Positions 8,801 to 19,104 of a stretch of DNA of 64,000 nucleotides are shown here, piece by piece. The notes below the pieces were generated by a model. The model did not search any database, had not been told where the DNA came from, and worked only from the letters and a program-made list of their open reading frames with translations. The DNA is taken from the NCBI GenBank assembly GCA_965223905.1, contig CBDCXV010000001.1, positions 1,216,001-1,280,000 of the forward strand, read 5' to 3'. Position 1 is the first letter of the stretch. Each line of letters opens with the position of its first letter. The position numbers were made by a program, and so were the translations under genes. Source of the DNA: Candidatus Latescibacterota bacterium (GTDB taxonomy: Bacteria; Latescibacterota; UBA2968; UBA8231).

Positions 8801-10709
8801 GCAGCGCCTCACTCTGCACGCCCGGCAGCGCTATGCGGCTGATATGCGCCGCGGGCAGCCTGCCGGAAGCCCAGACCATGGCCTTCATGATGTATGAGAT
8901 CTGTGCCTCGAACTCACCCCGCAGGTATCGGCCCGGGCGCACGACACGCGGCGCTTCCTCATCCCATTCGACCAGCCCCTCGAGGAACGCTATGCGCCCG
9001 TCGCCGTATCGGTAGAACCGCGCTTCCACGTCTGTGACCACGCCCGATGAGACATAGCCGACCCCTTCCCCCGTGAGGTGATCTTCGTTCAGCGCCTCCG
9101 ACCACGCGCCTTCGAGGTAGTTTTCGGGAGGGTCGCCATGCCACGGCCGGATGGGATCGCCGAAGATGACCAGCCCCGCGCCTGCTCGCACCCGCGCCAG
9201 GATCTTCTCCGTCAGTGAGACGGGGAAATCGGGAGGGCTGAGATGTCTTACGACAATGCAATCGACGGGTGCGGACAGTTTCTCCAGGGCGTCATCGAGC
9301 GCCCGGAACACCTCAGGCTCTCCGCCGCCGCCGCGTATCCAGTGGTCGTGGCCGAAATCGTTCTCCCGCTCGAACATCACCGGCTGATACGACACGCTCA
9401 TGCGCTGCGCCAGCTCGAGCGTCCAGCGGTGACGCCAGCGCGGCAAGACCGTCACGATTTTCAGCTCGCCGCCCGCATACGGCTTCGCCCACCGGGTGTG
9501 CGGCGTCTCGATCTCCTCGCTCAACAGATGCCATTCGTCTCCCCAGGGAATCGACTGGTGGTCCCAGCCCGCCGCCCACTGGCTGCCGCCCTCGCGGCGC
9601 ATGACGGACACATCGTCCAGGACGAGATGCACCTCGCCGTGGGTCTGGATGACCAGGTAGGGTCGCGGGACGTCGTTGTAGTACGTCTTGCGGTAGACTT
9701 CGGCCCAGGCGCTGCGCAGCGCCGGTTTCGTGTTGACCCGGCCGATGGCCTGAATGAAGGAGGTTTCGCTCCCGTCGACCTGATTGCGCACCGAGATGCT
9801 CGCGTATTCGCCGCCCATATACTGAGCCGTGAACGAGATCTCGTAGGGGATGCTGATATCCACGTCAAGCGGGATATACAGCTTGCGGCTCACATCGCCG
9901 CCGCCCATTGTGTTTATCTCGAGGGACGCCTCGCCGCTGATCGGGTCGACGGTCCTCAGCGCGATCTCGCCCGGCCGGAAGGCATACGCGCCTTCCCCGT
10001 TGCGCCAGCCTGCGGGAATAGACGGTGCCCCGACCCCTGATCCCGCCTCGAAGTCATGGTTGCCCACCACCTGAAGGTCGGGATCGTATTCCGGCTCCTC
10101 TATCTCCACTCGCGCCCAGTCCGCCGGCGCAATGGCGCGCAACTCGTCCGGACCTCCCAGCGTCAGCACGGAACTGCCACTGCCACTTATGAAGCGCACC
10201 GCGAGCACATTCATCCCCTTCTCCAGCTTCACGTCCACTGTGTGATTGGAGATGGAAGGCGGCCACGCCCCGTTCCCGGTGACCAGGGTGTTCACGATCC
10301 GCGCGCCGTTCAGCCATGCCTGCAAAAACCAGTCGGCGCCCATGCCGAGCGTCGCGGTCTGGGCTTTGTCGGAATGCAGCTCGAGAAAGGCGTAGGCGGT
10401 GTTGTACACCTTCACCCCACCGAACAACGGCGCGAAGTCGAGGACGATGCCGTCTTCCGCCCGCACCCGCCGGCCGGCGATCACTTTGGTAATCCCGTAG
10501 AATCCCGGGACCTCTATGCTCTGGGGAATGCGCTTGAGCGTCTCTTGCGGAAGCAGATGGTCTTCGCGTTCCAGCGGAAAAAAGACGACCCATTCGGCCG
10601 GCCAGGTAAGGGTCCCGGACACATCCGCCGGGCCGCTCCATGCGGGACCGGCGCCGGCCAGCAGGGCCAGGATGATTGCTCTGATCGTCGATTGTCGAAC
10701 AGGCATCAT
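5802..10709 (-). CDS. Very large secreted glycoside hydrolase, GH42-like catalytic and trimerisation domains, with CBM-like N-terminus
   Basis: Signal peptide; GNHDFE CBM-like motif; EYGSLEALNTGWGTAFEAWSEVRP, WIDHRRHMD, LLILPFAQAL..FVADGGMLLAD; C-terminal LPLNAPPGRWKVEARE. Confidence 0.75.
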   Translation of the reverse strand: MMPVRQSTIRAIILALLAGAGPAWSGPADVSGTLTWPAEWVVFFPLEREDHLLPQETLKRIPQSIEVPGFYGITKVIAGRRVRAEDGIVLDFAPLFGGVKVYNTAYAFLELHSDKAQTATLGMGADWFLQAWLNGARIVNTLVTGNGAWPPSISNHTVDVKLEKGMNVLAVRFISGSGSSVLTLGGPDELRAIAPADWARVEIEEPEYDPDLQVVGNHDFEAGSGVGAPSIPAGWRNGEGAYAFRPGEIALRTVDPISGEASLEINTMGGGDVSRKLYIPLDVDISIPYEISFTAQYMGGEYASISVRNQVDGSETSFIQAIGRVNTKPALRSAWAEVYRKTYYNDVPRPYLVIQTHGEVHLVLDDVSVMRREGGSQWAAGWDHQSIPWGDEWHLLSEEIETPHTRWAKPYAGGELKIVTVLPRWRHRWTLELAQRMSVSYQPVMFERENDFGHDHWIRGGGGEPEVFRALDDALEKLSAPVDCIVVRHLSPPDFPVSLTEKILARVRAGAGLVIFGDPIRPWHGDPPENYLEGAWSEALNEDHLTGEGVGYVSSGVVTDVEARFYRYGDGRIAFLEGLVEWDEEAPRVVRPGRYLRGEFEAQISYIMKAMVWASGRLPAAHISRIALPGVQSEALRASITRKELPAAVQVVFSAPLPRAGALSWWFDDYAHHGRQLPRGEAILDAGSESARVELPRLRGGTHWLHVQLKTAQGSISDWSSVSLEVSGDIAIQQIKLGRDTQIGGRSTQGYYRVGERLEGSVVLDREQGDGHLLRLRLMDADGHLWHETTIDRLTGREIPFALDIDAAPVLMHTLEAELAGPAGTEDVHARQLAIAREQDWYDDTFDFQLWQIPWSHADPSYLGILVSEQFRKRHGVTSAFWGHWRINAFNNIRTIAQAAVNFPGGREVLGDKEHAPIRRPCLTDPGDAQRGATQRMEEVGQPDALPYAPLAYSMTHEFNLMGLGSRLGEADVCFSDHCIASFSTFARGEYGSLEALNTGWGTAFEAWSEVRPIVLADAVEKGQIARWIDHRRHMDRVFADFLQYKRDVLRRHDPEAQAVSDDFGWGAEGRMSYANSFSGIDYSLLLSRVLAGSMLPLPHLRSFSPPEHRHLLYGRGDTFCVPWIHTADQALYSLRFGQQPWVCLFQGMNGFNYWAGIHGNVGASSNFRQPLLADLRTTEEGRWPIEPVAQIRTGIDRLVFESEFDDSGIAVLYSRSSEHAATAWQEIQRSDAASKLYPSRQFWLFTRTLELLGYQYSAISEQQIADGMLEENGVRLLILPFAQALEIEAAAAVKEFVADGGMLLADIRPAVADRHGYPGAQGHLDEVFGVLHEAAWSDYGALETELTFSGGGDGLKMDVVDVPVIAGPPVALTTARSLGETDERAVMLISRYGAGRAALLNFAPLAADAGAVGMMKRLLGWYGLTPLFGVERLRVDRPERYRSAELESSDAELERPTLSHFSDGDIHILALWHSFILQLDSGKRRGAGTEVLRITPPVAGHVYDLKSNQYLGRHDSFEVEKPLEGLGAYAVVPYRIGKPHLETSEGVTEAGNIRLINRVRTAPAAAAEERHVVRLRLYAPDGSELEDFAENIVAADGAGAHEFILPLNAPPGRWKVEAREAISGLAHSVSLRLD

Positions 10710-10780
10710 GGGAGCCTCCACAGGTACCGCTCCGGATCTATGGAAGTAGCGTTGCGCTGAACGAGTGTCGCGGGCTTTCG

Positions 10781-12826
10781 TCAGTAGACCAGCGAGACGA
10801 CCCCGAGGGCGGTGTCGCTACCCTCGTCGGCGTCGACGTCGAGCCGCAGGAGGTACACCCCGGGAACAGCGAGCGTGCCGGCGCCTTCCGTGCTGCCGTC
10901 CCAGGTCGCGCTCAGGCGTCCGCTGGCCGAGTGTCCGTCAAAGACATCGGCCACTTTCCGTCCCGCCAGATCGTAGAGGCTCAAAGTGACCGGTACTGCA
11001 CCGGACAGGTTGACGAGGTCGAAGGAGATCTCGATGGCGTCGTTGACGCCGTCGCCGTTGGGGGTGGCCACCGGAGAGGACAGCCGCAGGGCCTGTATCG
11101 AGCTCTGGGCGAGATCGGCCAGCCCCACTGAGAGGGTGTTGCTGGCGACCAGCTCGTCGGCGTCGCCGGCGGCTACGAGCTGGCGCGGCTCCTGAGGTCG
11201 CGAGCTGTCGAAGACTCTGCCCTGGAAGACGGTACCGAACCTGAACACTTCGGTCTGAAACAGGATCTCGATCAGATGGTTCGTGCGCTGCAGGTCCACG
11301 TGGGGGAAATTGACGACAAAGCTGGTCGGACCGCCCTGCCAGCCCCACTGCGATTCATCCAGGTAGATTTCGTTGATCCGCACGGAATCCACACTGGAGA
11401 CCTCGGTCGCCGTCTCGATCTCGATGCTGTCGAATCCCAAGTCCCTGTCGAGCAGCCTCGGCAGCACCAGGTATCGGAACTGGGTCAGGGTGCGCGCCTG
11501 CACCATTTGTGGAACTATCTCGGCCACCACCTGGCTGGCGATCGGGGGGCTCGATACGCGGAACTCGAGATAATCGAGGCGCGAGCTCGAGCGGGCGTCC
11601 GTGGATCTGAGATCGATGTCGAACTGCACGTAGCGGCGCGGGCGGTCTGCCGCAAGCGCCGCTACACCGCTGTCGAAATCGAGCGGGGTCGTCCAGAACT
11701 GCCAGTTCTTGCTGTCCGGCACGATGCCGGCCTTTTCGCCGCCCTCGAGTCGCTGGTAGCTGGCGCGGGTCAGGGGTCGGCCGTCGGCGCCCTGGCTCGA
11801 ACGCTCACCGCCTCTGAAGGTGTAGCGCCAGTATTTCTGCGGATCCGGGGTGTCGCCGTTGCGGGTGATGATGTCCACTGTGGCGTCTGGGCCGTCTACC
11901 CCCCTCCACACGAAGTCGCCCAGGGTGGAGGGCTGTCCGAGATCGATGATGTTCGAGCGGTATCTCGCACGCGGTACGTATCCGTCTGCGTAGATCTCGA
12001 TCTCGGCGATTTCCCAGATCCCGGAACGGCCGATCAGGAAAATGTTCTGAGTCGGCGAGCTCTTCACTTCCAGATCGAGGGTGGACGTGCGGTTCTCGGT
12101 CGAGGAGAACACGGTGCCCTCTTCCGTCCAGTCAAAGAAGTTGAACCCCGCGGTTGAATGCGTGTATTTCAGGCTTCTCTGGGCCACGCCCGCGGGCGGG
12201 TTCAGCGGGGGGCCGGCGCCGCGCAGGCCGTCCTTGAGCGCGTCGCCGTCGTTGACGGCGATGGTGAGCTCCTTGACGAAGCGCTGGGTCGCGTATTTCG
12301 GAGTGGGATACAGTTTGATGCGGGTAATGGGAAGGGGACCACCCAGGTCGATCTCGAGAATCTTGAGGCCGCCCCACGTGTAGTTCGAACCGCTGCCGGA
12401 AAACGCCGTGGTCGGATCCTCGTCGAACATCAATTCGAGACCTGGTTCCCTTTTGAAGCTGTAGGCATCCGTCGACCGGGTGTCGCCCCCCCTGGCCCTG
12501 ACGAGTGGACCCAGATTGACGTTCGGGTCCAGCAGCTCGGGGGCTATGAAATCCGGGTCGAAAACGACGAGATGACTTCTCCCGAAAAACGCGTCGCCCG
12601 TCCCCGACCACGGCAGCTGCACGAATCGGGATGCGCCGTCCGCCTGCGGGGCCGGCAGCTCGTCCCAGTTCAACCGCATGATCTCCAGCGGTCCGTCGAT
12701 ATCAGGAGCAGGCAGGCTCTCGCCGCCGATTCTGTAGACGGTGACCGCATCGCTGTGCGACAGAACCACCGCCGACATGGCAAGTGCGAAGGCGAGCAGC
12801 CTGAGCTGCAGTCGAGGGGTATCCAT
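10781..12826 (-). CDS. Secreted protein with discoidin-like N-terminal part and C-terminal FlgD-Ig/CHU_C-like domain
   Basis: Signal peptide; TPNGDGVND, LYDLAGRKV, WDG..VPGVYLLRL, ending VSLVY. Confidence 0.8.
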   Translation of the reverse strand: MDTPRLQLRLLAFALAMSAVVLSHSDAVTVYRIGGESLPAPDIDGPLEIMRLNWDELPAPQADGASRFVQLPWSGTGDAFFGRSHLVVFDPDFIAPELLDPNVNLGPLVRARGGDTRSTDAYSFKREPGLELMFDEDPTTAFSGSGSNYTWGGLKILEIDLGGPLPITRIKLYPTPKYATQRFVKELTIAVNDGDALKDGLRGAGPPLNPPAGVAQRSLKYTHSTAGFNFFDWTEEGTVFSSTENRTSTLDLEVKSSPTQNIFLIGRSGIWEIAEIEIYADGYVPRARYRSNIIDLGQPSTLGDFVWRGVDGPDATVDIITRNGDTPDPQKYWRYTFRGGERSSQGADGRPLTRASYQRLEGGEKAGIVPDSKNWQFWTTPLDFDSGVAALAADRPRRYVQFDIDLRSTDARSSSRLDYLEFRVSSPPIASQVVAEIVPQMVQARTLTQFRYLVLPRLLDRDLGFDSIEIETATEVSSVDSVRINEIYLDESQWGWQGGPTSFVVNFPHVDLQRTNHLIEILFQTEVFRFGTVFQGRVFDSSRPQEPRQLVAAGDADELVASNTLSVGLADLAQSSIQALRLSSPVATPNGDGVNDAIEISFDLVNLSGAVPVTLSLYDLAGRKVADVFDGHSASGRLSATWDGSTEGAGTLAVPGVYLLRLDVDADEGSDTALGVVSLVY

Positions 12827-12899
12827 ATGCAAAAAAGGGGGAAAATCCAACCGGATTCTCCCCCTGCCAGTCCTGTGTGGTGACGTAAAGGCGACTTCG

Positions 12900-13817
12900 T
12901 TACTTGGCGACGGACGCCTTCACGTTCCCCCAGCTGTCCTCTTCGACCGCCGTGGCCATGAGCTCCTCGTCTATCTCCGTCAGGACGAAATCAGCCAGAT
13001 AGTCGGCATTGACATTGGACTCGCCGACCGAGGTCAGACTCCAGCGCGCGGTCTGCACCGGGTCTTCTCCGTCGTGGTCCCAGACGTTCACGCTCAGGCC
13101 GATGACCTCGCCCTCCATCATGAAGTGCTCGACGCTCCCCACGGGGTCCTGGTAGTTGAAGTCATCCCATGCTGTGAGCATGAATTCCGCGGTCACGCTG
13201 AACTCTTCGCCATTTCCCGGCGTGCCTGAGTTGATCGTGTAGGCGGCGTTCGTGTAGGGCAACTCACCATACCAGTCCGCAGAGGTCATCCACATCCAGA
13301 CCCACTCGCTGTTGTCGCCAAAGTTGTCACCCATGAAGAGGCCGTCGTCGAACCAGAGGTGGTAGATCTGGGCATGGCGACTCCTGTGCCGTGCGGCTTC
13401 CTCATCCGACATCCCTTCGACTTGCCAGTAGTTGCCGCCCGAATGGTCGGCGTCGATGGTGGGCTCGATATCGTCCGACTGAAACCAGTAGTCGTCGTAC
13501 CGCTCATAAGCCCAGTAGAGCTTGCTCGACCCCTGCACGAAACTCGTCATCCAGCGGAACGAAAGGTCGGATGGGTCGAGGCCTGCCTTCGACTCGTGAT
13601 CGCCCTCGTAGCTGTCGACGTTGTAGTTTTCGTGAGTGAGCCAGAATTCCTCCGGGACGATGTCCCAGTCGCGGAGGTCTCCGTCAAACACCGGCAGCTT
13701 GTCCGCCGGCCACTGCCAGATGATGCCCCGATAATCAGGCGGATCATGCGCGATTGCGGGGATGCTGAGGGCACAAATGAGCGCGCAGGCACCCGAACTC
13801 ATTGCCATCTGCTTCAT
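12900..13817 (-). CDS. Secreted CBM9/DOMON-like protein with TAVE..SWG..K C-terminal tail
   Basis: Signal peptide; PVFDGDLRDW, IGLSVNVWDHD; ends TAVEEDSWGNVKASVAK; GGAGG RBS. Confidence 0.75.
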   Translation of the reverse strand: MKQMAMSSGACALICALSIPAIAHDPPDYRGIIWQWPADKLPVFDGDLRDWDIVPEEFWLTHENYNVDSYEGDHESKAGLDPSDLSFRWMTSFVQGSSKLYWAYERYDDYWFQSDDIEPTIDADHSGGNYWQVEGMSDEEAARHRSRHAQIYHLWFDDGLFMGDNFGDNSEWVWMWMTSADWYGELPYTNAAYTINSGTPGNGEEFSVTAEFMLTAWDDFNYQDPVGSVEHFMMEGEVIGLSVNVWDHDGEDPVQTARWSLTSVGESNVNADYLADFVLTEIDEELMATAVEEDSWGNVKASVAK

Positions 13818-14069
13818 GAGAGTCTCCTCCTTGGGGGAATTAGCGCGGCACCTCTTTTAGAAACGCGATCGCGATAGGGTACGGCACTTGGCTAGTATAC
13901 CACATTACTGGCCGATGACCAAGACAAAAAGAAGATGGCCGGAACGATGGCGGCTGGCGCGACTGGGGCAAATAACCCATCCGGATCGTCGCGAAAGGGG
14001 CGAGCTGGGTTGTCGCCTGTCGCATCGAGGGGCCATCTATTCCAAAGGGCGCTGTACCGATGATCCGGC

Positions 14070-15319
14070 TCACGTCGGGCAGCGGCGACGGGGAGTGCTT
14101 TTCTCTGACTTCGGTGCGCGACTCGATGCCATCCTGCGCCAAGGCCAGCAGCTCATCATCCCTCCCTGAAAACCAGCTCTTTGAGTTGCCGCGGCGCGAT
14201 GTTGACGTGCAGCACTTCGTAGGCCCAGTCGAAGTCCTGCAGCGTCGTCATCAGCGGATAGCGCGCCTTGTCGCGACAAATCTCGTACTCGAAGCGTTTT
14301 CCCGGAGGGTAACTTCATGAGGCCGGCCTCGACGTCGCAGAGCATGGCGTAGAGGGGCAGCGGCTCGAGCTTGTACAGGTATTCGGTCTCCCATTCGCGC
14401 AGCGGCATGGCGGCGCGGTCGTCGAATATGTCCTCGATAGCGGCTTCGCCGAACATCGAGTGGCGCATCTCGTCCCACATGTGTCGCGAGATATCGACGT
14501 AGAACGACCAGGGGCTGTGCCTCCTGTCTCACACAACACGAATGAAAGCGCCTCGGCGATGGTGAGCTCGCCCAGGCGAGTACAGACCATCTGGGCGAGC
14601 CGCTGCGGGACCTGATCGTCTTCCATGTGATCGACGTCCCAGACCCTCGGAAAGGTGTCGGCCCATGTCTGTTCCCGCGGAATGACGTAGGGCGCCTGAC
14701 AGCGATCTTTTTTCAGCTGCCCGGGACCGATGTCGCCGGTGCCGTCGATGTCGCCCGCGGCTTTCAGCAGATGTTCGAGCCATGCGGCCCACACCTCGGC
14801 TTCTTCAGTCTCCCACGATGAGGTGCCCGCACCGGCGTACGCTGCTCGCAGCAGAGCCACGCTCTCTTCCTCATCGTCGATTATCTCTTTGAGAGTGCGG
14901 ACGCCGCCGTAGTCCGCCAGGCCGTTGGTCTGGGCAGCGTAGCGGCGATAGGCCCTCGTCCTGGCCGGCTTGATGACCCGCGTCAGCCCGGCCAGGAGCT
15001 CGGCGGTGCCGCGCGAGTCCAGAGCTTCATTGAAGACGACCTTCAGCTCCTGATTGGGTTCCTCGTACGCCCTGCGCTTCGACACCCGAAGCTCAACCAG
15101 CCGCTCCTTGAGCCGGTCGGCGTGCTGGCTGTCTTCGTATTGATATCGAGACAGCAGCGCCTTCACGTCGCGGGACGGCGTACTGATGTGTGCGGCTTCG
15201 AGAAACATCAGCCGCGACTCAGCGTAGGCGAACCGGTGCAGTCGCGCCCGCACACTCGTCGACGCCGAGTCCGACCTGTTTCGTGTTTTTCAGGCCGGCG
15301 TATCGATAATATGGATCAT
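14070..15319 (-). pseudogene. Frameshifted ferritin-like (DUF455-like) protein
   Basis: Split over several frames; carboxylate/His motifs YEDSQHAD, RLGELTIAE, WDEMRH. Confidence 0.55.
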
Positions 15320-15340
15320 TGTTATCTCCGCCCTGGATGG

Positions 15341-16207
15341 CTATTTGGCGGACGCGATGAATTCGTCGAGCGCCGCCGCACTCGGCAGGCCATCGATGAC
15401 ACCGAGTCTGGTGGCGCAGTAGGCGCCGGCGTAGTCGCGCGCGCGACGGCTTCATTCAGGTCTGCGCCCTTGCCCACACCTACCGCGAGCGCCGCGTTGA
15501 AGCTGTCGCCGGCTCCCGTGACATCGAGCGCTTAAATTTGCCGGTGCGGACACTTCTTCGAAGCTGCCTGGAGTCACAATCAGCGACCCCTGTGCGCCTC
15601 TGGTGACGACGATTTGTTTGACGCCCAGATCGAGCAGCCGGCGAGCCAGCTCCGGCGTGGATGTCGGATCGTCCGGTTCCAGTCCCTGGAGGATGCTCCG
15701 TCTCGTTTGGGGTCATGAGATCGACGCTCGCCAGCTGTTGCGGGTCGAATCGTCTGCGCCGGAGTCGGGTTCAGCAAGGTGAAAGCTCCGTACTTTGGGC
15801 CCAGCTGGATGGCTCGCTCCATTGCATCGTGGGAGACCTCGAACTGGGTCATCACGATGTCGCTGGCTGCGATCAGATCCTCTGCGGCGTCCACGTACTC
15901 GGGGCGCATGTGCAGATTGGCGCCGAGGTGTCCGAGGATGGAATTCTTCCCGAGGGCAGCACGGTGACCATGCCGACGGCCGTGTTGACACCGGGAATTC
16001 GATGGATGTGCTCGAAAGAGATCATCTCCCGCTCGAACAGCTCGTCGGCAATCGGCGCGAACAGATCGTCTTCGACATTGGTTGGTGCCTTGCCTCCGGG
16101 ACCGAGGTCGAAGAGATCGCCGATCAGGCCCTTGCCCAGCACTGGCACCCGGGTACGCGAATGGTGATGCCGATGACGAAGCTGCCGTGGACGGTGATGG
16201 CTACCAT
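15341..16207 (-). pseudogene. rbsK: Ribokinase (PfkB family), multiply frameshifted
   Basis: GSFVIG..FDLGPGGK at N-terminus, LLNPTPA, TPNETE, and PfkB signature DVTGAGDSFNAAL in different frames. Confidence 0.8.
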
Positions 16208-16213
16208 AGGCTT

Positions 16214-18016
16214 CTAACCAAAAGGTATACGGTCGCCGTGCCAGGGAAAGGCACAGCTGGGTTTGTTGCAGTAGAGCTGCATGTCGATGTGTAGGTCCAG
16301 CTCGGTGCCGGGGAGCAGGCGGACCTGAAAGGTTTTGTCGTTCACCTCGACCGGCGTCTCCTCGCCTGATACCTCCACCCGACCGAAGCGATGCTCGCCA
16401 TACGAGCCGGCCTGCACGATGAGATCGCGCGCCGAGTGCACGCTCAAGTTCACGATCGACAGATCCACGCTCTCTGCATCAAGGCCGCTGACCAGGGCGG
16501 CCACGTCCTGCGGCAGGCCTGGTCGTTGCTGCTGAGCGTCAAAGTGGCGCAGGCGGCCCCGCGAAAGGCCGCCCCAGTATACGGCTTGGGGGCCGCCCGT
16601 GGTCAGATGCACCAGGGCTTCGTGCACGACGGGGTTGTGCTGCTGCCAGCGATGCGGGTCCGTGTAGTTCGTCATATCGGTCTCGTCCTCCAAGATACAC
16701 CGCACTCGCCGCCGGATCTCCTCGTAATTCGCCTGGAGGATGGCCTCGGGATATCCGGGACAGTCCCCGGCCAGAAAGCGAATCCAGGCCCGGTCGTCTT
16801 CTTGCATGGGGCCGCGCGAGGTGACGATTGCCCAGTCGTGACGGTCGCCCCGGCGCAGCCGTTCCAGCCTGTCCCAGTCCCTCTGCTCCATGGAGGCGGC
16901 CCACAGGTGGACGCATTCCTGGCTGCGAGGGGGGCCGTAGTCGGTCCATCCTTCTCCGCTTTTGTACCTCTGCGGTATGTGCAACTCGCCGTTCTCTTCC
17001 CGGGCATGTTCCAGCAGCATGTCGAGCTGCGAGCGGATCAGGTCCAGGTAGCGGGCTTCTCCGGTGATCAGATAGGCGCTTTCAGAGGCTATGGTCATGG
17101 CCGAGCCCATCATCAGGCGGGAACTGGTGGCGGACCAGCCATAGAACCCACCCCACCACTCGCCCTGGCGGGTCTCGCCGATAAGGCCGTTGGGGCCGAC
17201 ATTGTCCGGGATGATACCGTTGTTTTGCTCGATCCGTTCCATCCAGGCTTCGACGTATTCGACCACCCAATCGCGGTATTTGTCCTCGTGAGTGAGCAGA
17301 AAGGCATGGGCCACCATGGGCACGACTCCCAAGTTTATCGGGATGTCGGCGTTCATGACCACTTCGTCGAATCTGGCGTGGACCCAGGCGCGAACAGCCT
17401 CGTCCTCGTGCCATTTTGCGGGCAGCTCGAATCCGGTGCCCAGGGTGGTATGCCCGTGCTCGAGGTTGAAATACACATCGTCGAATCGGGCGTGGAAGAG
17501 CGGACCCTTGCTGCCACTGAAGGGCGAGCGGATGATGCGGTGCTCGGGATCGTAGTTGGGCGCCTCGGGATCCGCGCCCATGTAGAATCCGGCAAAGCGC
17601 CGGGCCCGGCGCATCATCTCGGCATTGGTCGGATTGGACAGGCCCAGGGCGTAGAAATAGATGTAGTTTTCGCTGTTGTGGAACCAGTCGTCGTCGTTGA
17701 CGAATTCCTTCGAAGCGCGGCCGTAGTGATAGGTGAGCTGGCGGGTGACGGCGTTCCACTCGTGAGTGGCCATCTCGCCGGTGTAGGCGCTGCCCCCGAG
17801 GGAGTAGTACGCCGGCCAGTTGATGAAAGACTCGTACAGATCGTCGGCCCAGACTCCGTCGCCGGGATACTCCTCGATCCAGATCAGGGTTCCGTCGGAG
17901 CGGGTGTACCGGTCGATGAAGATGGGGGTGGCTTGGTCCATGGTGTCGAACAGCCGGCGCTCCAGTACGGCCCAGGCAGGTGCCCGCGTGGGCGTGTGGC
18001 TCTGGATGATGGGCAT
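16214..18016 (-). CDS. Conserved hypothetical protein, probable (alpha/alpha)-toroid glycosidase/lyase-like enzyme
   Basis: About 600-aa ORF from MPIIQSH; aromatic/acidic motifs ADDLYESF, DWFHNSE, IPDNVGPNG, WWGGFYGW. Confidence 0.65.
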   Translation of the reverse strand: MPIIQSHTPTRAPAWAVLERRLFDTMDQATPIFIDRYTRSDGTLIWIEEYPGDGVWADDLYESFINWPAYYSLGGSAYTGEMATHEWNAVTRQLTYHYGRASKEFVNDDDWFHNSENYIYFYALGLSNPTNAEMMRRARRFAGFYMGADPEAPNYDPEHRIIRSPFSGSKGPLFHARFDDVYFNLEHGHTTLGTGFELPAKWHEDEAVRAWVHARFDEVVMNADIPINLGVVPMVAHAFLLTHEDKYRDWVVEYVEAWMERIEQNNGIIPDNVGPNGLIGETRQGEWWGGFYGWSATSSRLMMGSAMTIASESAYLITGEARYLDLIRSQLDMLLEHAREENGELHIPQRYKSGEGWTDYGPPRSQECVHLWAASMEQRDWDRLERLRRGDRHDWAIVTSRGPMQEDDRAWIRFLAGDCPGYPEAILQANYEEIRRRVRCILEDETDMTNYTDPHRWQQHNPVVHEALVHLTTGGPQAVYWGGLSRGRLRHFDAQQQRPGLPQDVAALVSGLDAESVDLSIVNLSVHSARDLIVQAGSYGEHRFGRVEVSGEETPVEVNDKTFQVRLLPGTELDLHIDMQLYCNKPSCAFPWHGDRIPFG

Positions 18017-18091
18017 ATCGGTTTTCCGGAATTTTGTCGCAGTGTTGTGAGACGATAATAGGTCAGGCGACGACGCGAGAGAGAAGTCTGG

Positions 18092-19104
18092 AGGACTTGT
18101 CAAATGAAACTGTGGATGGCGTGGTCTTCGGTCCGCTCGTTTTCAACACGACTCAGCTGCGACAAGGCGCAAGCCGGTTCCGGTGGAGGGGCCTTCGCCC
18201 ATCGCCTATGACCCGAACCCGAAGGTCTACGAGCGGCTCGGGGTCGAGCCCCCGCCGGCGCCGGAGCACAAGATGCCCCGAAAGACGGGCCCTGCTCGAA
18301 AGGACGCTGAACCCGGCCAAGGAGCGAGATTTCAAAGTTTTTCATCATGTACGTTAACATCGCCGCCGAATCGGGAGGTTACGGCGACCACCTCCACGAC
18401 GAGAAGAGCATGCGTGCCCGAGTCGCGCGGATGGTCGATACACTCGAGCATTTTCCCTGATCGACGGCGCGATCATGGACGGTCCCCGCGACCCGTGCGT
18501 GTGAAGGTGCACGACTTCGTCATCCCCACCCAGGGTAAGGCGATTCCTTATGGGGTCTATGATCTGAGTCTCGAAGAAGGCTGGGGCAGTGGGGGGGGGG
18601 GCGATCACGACACGGCCCCTTTCGCGGTCAACGCGATCCGCAGCTGGTGGAAACACATGGCGTCCGGCCTACGGCGGTGCTTCGCACTTGGTAATCACGG
18701 CCAACGCAGGGGGCAGTAACGGCCCGAGACTCCGACGGTGGAAGTGGGAGTTGCAGCGCTTTGCGGATCGCACCGGACTGAAGATCACGGTATGCAACTA
18801 TCCTCCCGGCACCAGCAAATGAATGGAACCGCATTGAGCATCGCCTGTTCTCATATATCGCCAGGCGAGGCAAGCCCCTGGTCAGTCTGACCGCGGTGGT
18901 CCATCTGATCGCGCCACGAGAACGGACACCGGGCTTCGGGTGCGCTCCGAGAATCGACAAGCGATCCTATCCCAGAGGCGTGGGCGTCACGGATGAGCAA
19001 ATGGAGCATGTCAAGTTCTCGCGGCATGAGTTCCACGGAGATTGGAATTACACGATCAGACCGAAGACCGCACGCTGAGTGGACCATTTGTTTCGACAAT
19101 TCCT
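18092..19104 (+). mobile_element. Degraded ISAzo13-family element
   Basis: VHDF..GKAIPYGVYD, GGSNG, YPPGTSK*, HGDWNYTIRP in shifted frames; imperfect terminal IRs 18092-18109 and 19087-19104 (14/18 match). Confidence 0.85.

Noticed and set aside
16391-18058. Long antisense or alternate-frame ORFs (also 3125-4975, 25057-26793, 31374-32744, 57527-58609, 60518-62722)
   Set aside because: Shadows of real genes in high-GC DNA, with no independent motifs
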